Notes under the pieces: generated by a model
Told to the model about the DNA's origin: nothing
Database searches by the model: none
The model's input: the letters and a program-made list of their open reading frames with translations, nothing else
In this document: piece by piece, positions 13,101 through 25,878 of the stretch
Position numbering within the stretch: the stretch's first letter is position 1
Layout of the letters: each line of letters begins with the position of its first letter
Assembly: GCA_977017645.1 (NCBI GenBank)
Contig: OZ360232.1
Coordinates: forward strand, 78,058,001 to 78,122,000
Source: Torpedo marmorata
Lineage: Eukaryota
Reading direction: 5' to 3'
DNA length: 64,000 bases
Program-made: the position numbers and the translations under genes

Positions 13101-16100
13101 TTCAGTAAACTCATTCTAGGTTATGAAGATGTGCCTGAAAATGTAACAGTGCACCAGTTAGTGTTCCGACTAAAAGTTTAGCTCGGATGAGGAAGAAAGG
13201 ACGATCATGTATTCAGAATATTGGAGCAAATTCGGCCTATTAAAGGAACGATTATTACAATTGGAATTACGGTTCGAAGAAGGATTTACATGGTACAGAC
13301 ATTTCAGCACAAAGTCGCGATCCGATTAATTTTCTAAACTTGTAAATGTTATTTAACGTCAGAATCAAAATAATTCTGGAACTGGAAAGGACATGTACAT
13401 AAAGCCGATATTAATTCCATTAAGTCAGCATTTCGTTTAAGTAACACAGATACAGAATAACATTGTAGACTTTTGAAATCATTGCTTCAGCTAATAGATA
13501 ACGGAAAGTAGAGGTGTTAATTTTCGACACTTGAATATTTCAGACATTTATATCAATGCTTTTCACATCGGCACATTGACGAGTAACAACCTATCTCCGT
13601 CATATTTATGCAACTGAAAAACATTTTGGCCGTTCACTTCACGGGGATTTGCAACACCAGTTGCAATTATATACATTTTACATTGTTATTTAACGTGCGA
13701 TCTGTAAAATCAGAAAGGAGCATAAATGTATTCGTTAAAGTGTAACCATCGCTTCATCACTGGTATTAAAGACCCAACAATCATAATTATTATTTTGTTT
13801 TAATGCCCATATTCAACTGAGTTAGACGTTATAATTGCTCCGGGCAAACAGACCGAACAGTTCTGACGCTGTATCGGGCGGAACGACAGGGGAAGTCTAA
13901 TGAAACCTGCGGTTGGAAATTAAATGTTTTCCTCGTTAGTCCTATTCCACCTGTGGCAGTTTCCTGGATTAACGGGATATGCTGCACATTGTCCATTTCG
14001 TGCAATATGATGGAACAAAATAGTCATATATATCCAAAGCAAATTCTAGACTTCGGTGTCACCATACTTCTGTAACTGAGCTGGAAAAAAAAACATTGAG
14101 GTTTTGACTCATTCATATCAACACTTGACAGTGCAAACGGTGCAGTTTTTCGCAGCATAAAACATTTACTTGTGATCCCAAACGAACAAAATAAAATATA
14201 CGCGCTTATCAGAATGGTGACTTCTTACCATCACATGGTTTTGATTAGAAACCGAAGAGACTAGAACATATAATTCTCTGCTGCATCATTTTGTGCACAT
14301 TCGCTCATCCTCTCCGGATCTAGTTGCATCTCATTTCAGAATTGTTTTAAATGGTTAAATATATGTTTCCGGTTTTATAAGATTTTAAGAGCTTAGTCAA
14401 AATCACAGCATAGTATTCAATGTCCCAACCCCACCATCTGAAATATAAGACAGTGTAATATCAACAAGGATATTAAGACTTCTTCGTGTAGCACTTACAC
14501 ACAATTCGTGGCGCGGGGTTGGGGGGGGAGTAGGGGGGGTCATTTAGCTACTGTGCCAATGGTAGCTCTCCTCCTATGGCCTACTTCTCTTATTTTTTTG
14601 CATCCTCTTTATTGTCTTTGTTTTTAAAAGTATTGTAAAGGGATGGCTTTGGCTCCCACCTTGGGGTCAGATGTTGTAAATCCACGATCCGCTTTGGAGA
14701 CTTGGCGACATAAAGTTCATACCTTTCTCATTATTCAGTAAACCGTGGCCACATCTTTTTTTATTTCTCATGGATCTCATGAACATCCGTTCATAGCAGA
14801 ACTGGACAAAAATACCCTTGAACGTATCCATCAAATAATATGCAAGCGGAAATCGATGATTATATTATTACCTTTCGTCTATTACCTTTACATTAGTTGT
14901 AAAACATTTTGAGACAAGCTGAAATCATGAAAAGCACGTGATGTTCTGAAAATAATATCCAATCTATTTCAAATGAAACGTGTCTCGCTCAATAACAATT
15001 AGTACTAATACAATGCGTGTTCCAAAAACATTTGGCCATCCAATTTATATCCAATTTCCACCTTCATTGTTATGACCATAACCGCAAATTAATTCCGCCC
15101 TCCTTTTAACTGAGTTTATAACACATTAATGTCTATCATTCATTCAACTTGTTAAGGTACTCTATTGTAGCATTAAAACCCCAATTTGCAATATCTCGCT
15201 TTGGCGATTTAAGTCCTTCGTTCCAGATGTTTTAGTAGGAGGTCATCATTATGCTTTGTCTTGACTTTCAACATATCTCTAACGGATGTCCGATCTACAT
15301 CTCCTTCAAGGCACCGGAGAACAAACCACGGGCTCTTTTTGCACATCCCCGCGCTACTCATGAACAGCAATAGCATGATTTTATTTACAAATATTTATAG
15401 AAAATTACAGGACTGGGTTTGCCTGAAGCAATATACGACCATTCTTAATATTTGCACATGTGTAAAAGTAATACATTGACGCGCATATCTGAGAGACAGG
15501 TCTCCAGTAGAACAATATTCAACACTCAATATTTGCCCTGCTCTGTAAAGATAGGGAAATAATTGCATTTCCTGATGAAAATTGACGTTCAACTACATTC
15601 TACGTCAGAACTGCAATGGGCAAATCGTCTCTTCATCTTTGCAAAAGGGCTCAATTTCGACCGAGGACCGAATTGTTGCCATTAATTTGTAAAATCTGCG
15701 ATTGGTCTGCGTCGCTATTGACCAGTGCCAATTTATTGGTGTTTCTAATTTGCAGGGTGAATATATAACGTCAGCACAACACTTTTTTATTTTTTAAAAA
15801 GTTGCTCTTATTAAATTATTGTCACAAATAAAACCCCTAAATACCGTATGGTGCCTGTTATAAGGACCAGGGATTTTGGCATGTGCTGATTTTAATCGTG
15901 TTGGCTACTGGCGGGATAGAGAGAGAGTCTCCCTTCTACTCCCGAGTGCATCGCTCTTGTTTTCTCCGTGATTCGCTCGTTTGCAGCGCCCTGATATTAA
16001 GAACCCTCCCCTCCCCCACTCACTTCACACCAGTTAATCCCACAAGACACGTGGTGAAGCGTGAAAAAGCAAGAAGCACAAATTACTCTAATCTTGGTGA

Positions 16101-16357
16101 TCGCAAAATTGTGCGGACACAAGGAAAAGAAAACAACCAAAAAAGCTTTTAGGCTGTATATTTAGAAAGCTTCCAGTGTCTTCCACACCAGATTAGCTTC
16201 CACCCTGATCATTGCCCTTTGAGGGGTGCGCTTGGACAGTTCCAGGTCCCCTGTTGAGGGGAGTAATCCTCCCCTTGCCAGTTTTTTTTTCAAGATTCCA
16301 CGCATAACGTAGATAATATTAGTCTATTTTTTAAGATAATAGGCAGAAATTTTTGAT

Positions 16358-16439
16358 TTGCCTTGCAGCAGGCAAAAAGAAATTTCATGGAATATGACAC
16401 TGTCTTATTACTATGACAATAAATTGAATCTTGAATCTT
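16358..16439 (+). mobile_element. Isolated retroelement 3' tail (Rex1/Babar-type), extreme 5' truncation
   Basis: GCCTTGCAGCAGGCAAAAAGAAATTTCATGGAATATGACACTGTCTTATTACTATGACAATAAATTGAATCTTGAATCTT matches the reverse complement of 28502-28590. Confidence 0.85.
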
Positions 16440-17869
16440 TAGATGTATATTTAGTTCCAATATTAATTGCGGAAATTACACCAATCAGGTACCTTCCCTG
16501 TTGTCCAGTCGAAGATTTTATTGAATTCGTTCATTACAGAGAACGAACAGTTCGGAGAAGACTCACCCAGCATATCGGATATTTTGAAGTATTGGTTCCC
16601 ACAATAACAAATGATGTTTAAAAAGTCACAGCTATAAAGTGTTATCAAAAAGATGTTAATTCCATTTTAATCCGGAGAGTCAAAACAGAACGACCTTCAT
16701 AAGTAGGCACCTTACAAATGGGAATTTCGAATGTCAGGAAAAATCCAGACTAGTTCACTGGCGATACATAAAGCAGGCCCCTTGTCTATTCTTAAATGTG
16801 AATACATTGGGATTGAAACTGGCTGCGCATATTCTAAGTGCTTGCACAACCGGCAAACCTCAGGTCTCAACGGTCTCGGGACACTCATATTAAATGTCAA
16901 CATCTGAAAAAAACGTCAGTTGATCAGCCTATATTCCATAAATTCACACGAGACCCCGTGCACAAACACAACAGGTTATCAGTTGTTATATATACCGTGA
17001 ACAAGTGCGAACTGCTTAATAACAGTGCATAACAACTAATGGATCAGGGGCCATCAGCAGCAGGAAGTAATAACAGGCATAACGACGATTCCCAGAAGAT
17101 AAGCGTGATTTCCGTGCTACTGTTTCAAAGTACGTATGTAGTTTTCGCCACTGCATTGGTAAAATGTGGAAAGCTGCACAATGCAGCATTGCTTTAAAGG
17201 TAATAAAATTAATGAAGCTTGTGTATACGCGGCAACATTACCTGGATGGTATATGGTCAATAAAGCCAGTCATGATCATCTCTTATCCTCATAATTTAAT
17301 ATTAATTTATCGTTTGAGAAAATTTTATCATAGAATAATCTCACACTACCATCTTCATTAATAATGTCATTACGTAATCTGAACATTGTAAAGTGCAAAT
17401 AATAATTTTCCAGAAGGTGCGAATATATTTGTAAGTTAGCGGAGAATTTGACGAAAGAGATTAAACTTAATGGGATGTTTTTTTTATGGCATATGGAATT
17501 CAGATGTCCAGATATTTTTTGGATCGTTGGAGCAGTTTACAGATTGGGAAGTCACTGCCATGGATCGGTTCGGATCCACATGGATTTTCATCACGAGTGT
17601 TGCTACCTAGTCAAAACACACGGAGATGATCAGTTCCACTCGGCGCTGGCGGCCAATTACAAATCAGAATTGATCGAATGGACATTTTGGGGGAAATAGA
17701 GAACTTTGTTTCGACCGAAAGTAATATGAGGTTTTATTTCATTATCATGTTCTTTGAGAACTTTCTGAAAGTTTGTTCATAAAATATAACACAATGTTAT
17801 TGAAGGGAGTGTTAAAACAGTGGCGCAATGCACAGTGACGTTGAACAAATTCGGTAGACAGATATAATA

Positions 17870-18100
17870 TCCGATAAGATTCCCTTATCACGTGAAGTAT
17901 TGGCATCCGCTTCAATTAACATTCCTCAGTTTGAAATTAATGGTGGTGTCATGATAGCTTTTGACAGAGTGCATCAGGCTTCCTGTAATAGCCGTGTCCG
18001 CGTTGACAGTTTTAGGCAGTTATTGGTGTCCCCCACCTCCAGATTTAAATCATGTCAATTTAAATAGCGCCAAAAATGTCATGATATAAATGACACCATG
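17870..18100. promoter_or_regulatory. Candidate enhancer / conserved non-coding element
   Basis: Inverted GATA pair (GATAAG 17873, CTTATC 17884), E-box CACGTG 17889, T-box-like GGTGTCA 17945 and TGACACC 18091, Meis TGACAG 17962 and 18004. Confidence 0.5.
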
Positions 18101-19512
18101 TCTTTTAGTTTGTATCTCGTCTTCCAATGCCTTCTGTGTCTTCGTTTATTAAAAGCAGACCGCATAATCTGGGCGTAGTATATCAATATTGGCAGCAGTT
18201 AGCTCAATTCGCTTGAAACTTGTAAATCTTTAAGCTAATTGATCAAAAAGACGCCATCTCCCTTGCTCGCATTTATTTCGCGTTCCTAAATTCGCCTTTT
18301 TAATGCTTTCCCTGCCAACGTTTTTCTAACAGGTAACTCTGGGCGTTGTTCTCACTTTTGAAGTTTGAAGCATCCGTGAGCTGTTGTTATGGACGCCCGT
18401 CAAAAAAAAAAGCAAGCAGCCCCCTTGGGTATTTATCTCAGTGTTGGAATACTTTATCATTCTTTCCATTCAAAAAGAGTTTGCATTTGTCAACTGTCAA
18501 ACATATTTTGAGGAGAATTCTTGATTCAAAATGGTTGGGTATTCCAATGGTCAAGGGAGGAGGGGGTGTACGCAAGTGATTTCTTGAGAATGGAACACTT
18601 TTGACACCGTACGGATACATATATTTATCAGGAAAAAAAACTGAAATGTCCTGCTTAAAATTAAAATAAAATGCCTGGATTCATGCGTCAACTCGTTGGA
18701 ACAGCCTGTGTTGTAAACGGCACGGATTCCAGCTCGAGAGAAAAAAAATGACTTTGGAGATTGACATTAATTCAAAACAAACGCGCCATTTTTATGACCG
18801 TTTCCATCATTTACCATTTGGCTCCAGCATTCTGTATAGTGTTTATAGTGTTCACGTATTGGAGCTGGACGATGCGAGTCCAATGTTTGGCCGTGTGATA
18901 AATGTCGGTTGGCACTTTCAACAACTGTATCAACAACTGGGCTCCTTTGGCGCAATAATTACTGAGAAAGCAAACAGTCGTTGAAGTGTTATTGCGCTGC
19001 TTTTTGTCAAACTGATTGATGCTCTCCCTATTAAATGCGATGGATTTGGTCCATTTCCGGGTCAGTTTCACCATGGCCGCTTCCCAGAGAAATGAATATG
19101 ACGCGATAAAAACTACAGTGTGAGAACTATCTTTTTGACCTGTTATTAACCTGTTTATTGCGTTCGCGCGTTACATGTAACTAGATCATTTTCTTCACGG
19201 AGGCCCTGGCTAGGTAATTACATTTGCGAAAACAACACCGGAATCAACATTGGTGACCTTGGTGCGTGTGCCTTGGGATGGGAAGAGGGCGGTGGTGAGA
19301 AATGTATTCTCTGCAAAAGCTTCCTTAAAAACATTGTGCAAGGAACTAGATATTCGGAGCAAACTCAAAATCCAGAAATGTACCCCGATATTTCGGACAT
19401 TCAGAAATCACGAAATTGCTAATTTATGGGAACTGCGAGAATAGAAATAATATGGACTCATTTCCACGGGGTATTACGCATGAGAGTATGCGCTCATTTA
19501 GGTTTGATTTTA

Positions 19513-19728
19513 AAAGGTTCCATTATTGTCACTACATTTAGAATGTAACATACATGAAATTCTTTAATTTTTGTCTAACGTAAGGCTACTTTGTCTAGCG
19601 CCCCTCATAGAAACCTACAGCACCTGGTGTTACTAAGTGCTCTCCCCTCCAAGTACTGACCAGTCTTGTACCTGCTTAGCTTCCGAGATCAGACAATCCC
19701 AGTCGTATTCAGGCTATTGGTGTTGTCA
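19513..19728 (-). mobile_element. 5S rRNA-derived SINE (SINE3-type): 5S head (~19728-19611) plus LINE-like tail
   Basis: Minus strand TAGCCTGAATACG...GTCTGATCTCGGAAGCTAAGCAGG...CTGGTCAGTACTTGGAGGGGAGA...CCAGGTGCTGTAGGTTT aligns to vertebrate 5S rRNA; followed by GCCTT...AATTTCATG...TGACAATAATGGAACCTT. Confidence 0.85.
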
Positions 19729-20479
19729 TTTATGCAATTTATATGGTCAGGATATCCCCGTTGCCATTGCTCGCGAGGAATAAAATATTATAAAATAACA
19801 GGGATATATATTTCAGGTAAGACAGAGTACATGAAGTTATTGTAGCGTTGATCGATGAGAATACAGATTTGGAAATGCAGTTTAACGGGTCGTCCTGCAA
19901 CCAGTTAATGGTTAATTGATGTTGAAGAAGGACATTTACTATTTAAGATGTTTGCAAATGCTCCTCAACTTTGCAATTATAAACAGTTACTTCCTGTACT
20001 TTATCTTTGTGCATTTTACAAAATCGAGATGTATCTGGTAAATTCTGTTACTGACAAATGCATAAGTTCTGGTAACTTGGAGGATCTTTGCTTCACAAAT
20101 TCATTTTCTTCCCTTGCTGAGAAAACCTAAAGTATTTACAGATCACAAGCAGATTGACAAGCAGGATCGGACTGAATGGCTGCTAATCCTCTTTAAAAAG
20201 CTGGCAAATAAAAGAGTCATGTGCTGACCATCCACCAATAATCTTTCCTGAAATGGATAGTAACGGTTGAAATGTTCCCGTGTTTACAATTGGCTAATGC
20301 AACAGTTTAAAAACGACATCCCGCATCATGCAGATCAAAAGAGATTAATAATTGATTTGGGATTAGAATGACATCAATACTTAAATTAAAGTATAAAGTA
20401 AGGCAAATAAAGTCATCTCAATGCTCGTGTTACGATACAGCTTTGAAGTCAGCCTGAGGTAAATTTATAATCAATGCTA

Positions 20480-20725
20480 ATGATAAGATAATTGAAATAA
20501 ATAAACTACATATACATATTTAGGCTTATTAGTCGTTTCGGTGATGCTATTGTTAACCCAATTATCAACTGCTATCAAATGAAGATTGTGTTTTATTGTC
20601 AATATTCTATCCATTATCAGACAACATTTACCGGCGTTATTTATTTGGAAAAGGAACCTAGCCCGGGGTGTTAAGAAGTGATTATTTTCTCGGGTCATGA
20701 GCTTGCGTCCCACCTAAATCAAAGT
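20480..20725. promoter_or_regulatory. Candidate GATA/Smad/TCF enhancer
   Basis: WGATAR sites at 20481, 20486, 20562, 20572 and 20614, CAGAC 20618, TCF site ATCAAAG 20718. Confidence 0.5.
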
Positions 20726-23700
20726 ATGATTCACTACAAGAGACAAATAATCCAACTGCCAGTGAAATACTGTAAAACAAGAGTGTTCCGTATTTGGACA
20801 GTAACATAGTATAATAGCGCATCTTATGTAGTGCGTTAAAGCGCCTTTTTATATATTATAATCCATTATGGTAACATTTATCATTTTATTTAAAAGGTTC
20901 ACCAAAAGAGCGCAGGATAAAGACACAGATTTCGAAGAAGAGCAGATTTCGCTTCATATTTGAATGCATTAATTAAATAAATTGCCCATTTGTTTCAGTC
21001 GGTAGTCCCATCAGTACTTGACTTTTTATTTGTAGCCCTTAAAAAAATTAATTGTCTTTTGTTTAAACTTCCTGTGCTGTGCGGACTATCAGTCCGAGCC
21101 TCTGAAATCTGTCTCGGTATTTTATCTCATCCATTTCACTGTCCTAACAGCAACAGAAAGAGACGCCACACGCATTAGGATCCAGACTGCTGGCTTCCGC
21201 ACTCTTCACCCCATGCCAATCACTTAACTAAAAACTCCACTCGTCCAAACTGCCAAATCTCTCGAAAACAAAGCGAACTGATTAAAACATTGAAAACGCG
21301 AGGTCCCTGCTAAATACATTAACCAGGTCAAATATAAGATTGTAGATTGCCTTCCATACAACAACAACATGATTAATTTCTCAATAACTGTTCTGTGATT
21401 TATTTGTCGAGGTTTGCGATAAATTTAGAGGAAAACTGTGGTATGGTTTTAATCTTCAACGTTTTTCACTACAAATCCGTGCAGTGTATAAATTAAAATA
21501 TGTATATCCAAAATGATCTTTAAAACGATCCACAAAGTTATTGTCGTTCTTTATAAAAAGGGATATTAGAGTTTCCCATTGAACGACAAAGATCAAAAGC
21601 AGAGAACAGAAATATCGATTAACCTGTCTGCAAGAAGGCCCGTGAAATATTCCAACTAGGAACACTCTGCCCAAGCCTGTCCATTCAGTTTTAATCGCAA
21701 TTTACTGTATTTTGACATATTTTCATTCAATCTCGCCATTGTGAGATTATAGAACTCTTTTTTTAAAAAAAAAAGTCCCAAAACACTTAAATCCTTTCAT
21801 GTATGTCAATGTACGCGTCTTTTTAAAGTATTGCGGTCGCTGTGTTGCTCAGCATACAGGGTGATAGAAACAGTGACAATTTCAGAAACGGATTGTGACT
21901 CAACGTTTTGTACCGGTATGTTGCGCGGAGACCGATAATGTCTAAATCTTCTGGTTAAAATAAAACATGTTGTTTAAATTCTAGTAATTTGGAACACAGT
22001 GGATTTATAAACACGTTGTATTTTACACAAAAATATCTATATGAAATCTGAAAGTGCAATAAATCACAATTATATCAACTAAATTGAAGGGCGATAGAAA
22101 ATATTAAATAACAATTTCACATTTTATAGAAATTAAACAATAGTGGGAACATTACCAAGGCTAAACTGGGTGATGGCTCTCAGACTAATGCAGTGCCTTG
22201 CATTTTAACTTCTTTTTTTTCAAACGATGCCTCTTACTGAGACAAACACTTTTAGGAAGAATGGCGAGGGGATAAATTCTCCGCAGGCATGCTCAGTTTG
22301 ATTATTACTCATCAGAAATGCGGCAATTTAATTTTAGGTAAGGTTTTTTGTAAATCTAAACTCGCTATAAAAGATAACCTCTGTAAACAAAAATATATTC
22401 GGGCAATGAAATACTTTGCGAGCGGATTTTAGTAAAATTTAATCCTTGCTTCGGAGTTACTCCCACGATTCTACAGTTTAATTTTTGAGTGGTAGTTGGG
22501 ATAAATATTATATTGGGGAAATTAATAATGGAAAATATTTCCATGAATTGTTAGCGCGCAAGGGGGATGCGAATCTTGCAATCTCAGGAAGAGATGGAAA
22601 CCAGCGATATTTCCAGGGGTATACTGTATGAAGGAAATAATTCTGAATCATTACGAACAAAAAGAAGCAACGGCATTATACTGACTTGACTCTCAAGTAA
22701 CTATAACGTCGTTTTAACGGCGACCACCGAAGCATTTCGGGAGAAATGGGAAACTCTGGGCACGTCACAAAGCCAAAAAATAAAGAAATGCCACTTCATC
22801 CAGATAGCCGCTTTGTTATATGTACGGTTCAACTCGGTTTGGAAAGCCTTAATGTCAGCGATCTTTGTGCACATGCAAGTGCCTAATACGAGATAGCACC
22901 AAAAGATAGAACGATTTTATATAAATTCGAGATGAATTTCGAATGGAGTGGTAATCAGCGTTGTTTCTTGATGTGTTTGACTTCAGATAAGGTTTGTTCT
23001 TCCGAGGGCGAAGAATAATCCCTACACCAGTAACTTTGTGTTGTTAAAGGGTTATACTGTACATCAGACAAGCATGTGTTAATCAAATATTTTATACTTC
23101 AATATTTCTTTAGTAATTTGTAGTAATAATGTGCACAGAAATCTGAAAATTAAGGAAAGCTCCTTGTGAGCCATGATCAATAAATAGGGCAGCCAGAGGT
23201 GCTCTATCTATGTAATTAATATGCTATAGTGCCCAAAACCTGTAAGTCTAACAATTGAGAGCTCAGAGATAAAGTGCATATTATTGTATAATACTGATTT
23301 GGTGAAGGTGGTAGAATTTACATTAGGAACATTTAATATGTTGGATATAAATCCAAATAAAATAGGTGCAGTCAACTTTCATGGTGTGAGATCTCTGTTT
23401 TGTGCACCATAAACATTTGCTTGAAGTAACCAAGAGTTTGTTTTGTATCAGTTATTTTGCTAATTTAATTTTTGTAATCAGGTCTTTGAGATAATTTTCT
23501 ATTCACTCTTTATGGATAATGGTGATTCAGCAGGTAGTAGGTCTGAATGCCCATCTCATAATCTCAAAGTGTCCCACAACTAATGACTTGTCAGTGCAAA
23601 ACCAGAGCTCACAATCTTCAGTGTGACAATGACAAGACAATCTATAGTGTGGTCTTGGGATAGATATTTGCCAGAGCACTGGGAAGAAATCTCTTCTTTC

Positions 23701-24608
23701 AGATAGTGTCTGAGGGTCCACTGAGAAGTCATAAGTGGCCTGAATTTAAGGTCACTTTAAAAAGAGATGTCTTCAGCAGTGCAGAACTTCCTCAGGACTG
23801 CGTGGTCGAGTGCCTGGAATGTAAACTGAGCAACACAGCTTTTGATTCTGAAGCAGGAATACTTCCACTGAATAATAGCTAAAATTCAACAGAAGTTAGA
23901 AAACCTGCCATTTCCTTGGTTTTCTTTTAGGCAAATTGAATCTAACTCTAAATAGCACCACTTCCATGATACTGTACTAACTTTACACACCAAACTGGAG
24001 AAGTAAAAATAGGTTAGGATAGGATTGTATCAAATAGGGGCTTTATGATTGACATATATGGGGCTGAGGGACAGGTTTCTGTGCTGTATGACTCCACAAG
24101 TTGCTGACGATCTACATGCAGGTACAAAACAGCAGCAAAAATACTGAATTAGGTGGTGTAATATTTGGTAATCAAAGATATTTTTTTTCCCCTCAAATTA
24201 TATTGAGTAACAGCTTTTGAGAATCTCTGCTCTCTATAATAATTTAGTAGGCCCCTGATCTCAAAGGCCAAGAAAACCGATGAGGATCAGAGACCAAGTT
24301 TGTATTGGTAGATAATTGACAATGGAACAGAAAGCAGGAGTGAAAGGAAGCACAACAGTGTACTCCACAGGTTAGTGCTGGGATCACTGTTGTTTCTGTT
24401 ATAAATGGAAATCTAAATACAGAACATAATTTCAGAACCTGTAATTCAGTGAGAATGGTAGACACTAAGAAGAGATTGTCAAACAGATGCAGGTTACATT
24501 TAATTGAGAAAAACATGAATTAATTTATTCTGGTAGCAAGAATAACTATGGACAAATATGGAATATATTGCATAATTTTAAATAGATGGAGGAACAGGGA
24601 TACTTGTG

Positions 24609-24610
<2 letters not shown>

Positions 24611-24666
<56 letters not shown>
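24611..24666. repeat. (AC)28 microsatellite
   Basis: Perfect AC run. Confidence 0.98.
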
Positions 24667-24669
<3 letters not shown>

Positions 24670-25448
24670 TACAGGATTTCAGTGGGACACAAAGAATCTC
24701 TCCATCACAGGATGGCACAGGATCATGTCAATTTTGATTCAATGTAGAGCAATCCAATCAGTTTCACTCCATTACTTTATCCCCTCAACCCTTCCAGTTT
24801 ATTTCACTCAAATGCCAGTTCAATTTATTTTTCAAAATACTTTACAAACCCATGCTGGTCCTTACTAATTAATTAAAACATCTTGAAGTGCCTGTTTTTT
24901 TTCCTTATTAGATTTCTAAAACCTTATGTACTGCAAATGTTACTTTTATTAGCCCTTCAATACCCGGAATGCCCAACCCCTTTTTTGAACAAGGGTATCA
25001 CATTGACCATTTACCTCCCTGATGGCACCTCCATTTGTGTAGAGAAGAGTCAAATATTACAGTAAGCCCTTCTGCCATGTTCATCCCTGATTCCCTCTAC
25101 AACATTAAACATATGTCATACATGCCAAGTGATATTCACTCCAAGAATATCCAACCTCTCCAACACATCCTCCCTATCAATTTTATCCTTATTCATTGCC
25201 TCCACCATCTCAATTTCTGATGTTAATTCATTGGTATCCTGTTATTTATTTGGAGTAATTTTCTCTATTTCCATAGTCATCCAAGAAGTCCTGGTTTTGC
25301 GGGAGGCATCTTGAGGGAATGTTCTATTGAACTATTCAGGTGCCAGCATGATGACAGCACCACGTGAAATGTAGGTTGTCATATTGCTAGCGTACTGGTG
25401 CTTTCGCTACAGAGAGTGCAGTGTGAATAGTGGATAAGGGAATGATAT

Positions 25449-25878
25449 ATATAAAGGTAAGATTTTTTTAAGCCTTCGGTTTGTTACGGCCAGTGTCGAG
25501 TGACATTTTAAACCACCAAATATAAAGTTTTGAAGGCACATTTCCTTCCTTAATCAACATAAGTTGTAAGGAAGGAAATTTAACTGCACCGTACATATCA
25601 ATCGAATTAATCAAACGATTCTAAGTTATTTGCAAAAAAAACCAACCCACAGTAACACATTTAAAAAATCCATTCCATGATGTCTGATTTTGAATTCATA
25701 CCCCGGCACATTTGATATATAAAGCATGCGTCAAGTAAATTGGTGTTCTGATGTGCCGGGGTATGAATTATGTTGCTTAAGGAAGGAAATGTGCCTTCAA
25801 AACTTTATATTTGGTGGTTTGTGTCACTCGACACTGGCCGTAACAAACCGACGGCTTAAAAATATCTTAACTTTATAT
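25449..25878. repeat. Foldback / long inverted repeat with nested hairpins
   Basis: Arms 25449-25562 and 25768-25878 are reverse complements with only a few mismatches; inner perfect 19-bp IR at 25693-25711/25751-25769. Confidence 0.92.

Noticed and set aside
19611-19728. Functional 5S rRNA gene
   Set aside because: Solitary, many substitutions, degraded 5' end, no clear Pol III terminator, and fused to a LINE-type tail
22698-22708. TAACTATAACG match to the 23S rRNA / I-CeuI site
   Set aside because: Only 11 nt; flanks do not continue the rRNA sequence
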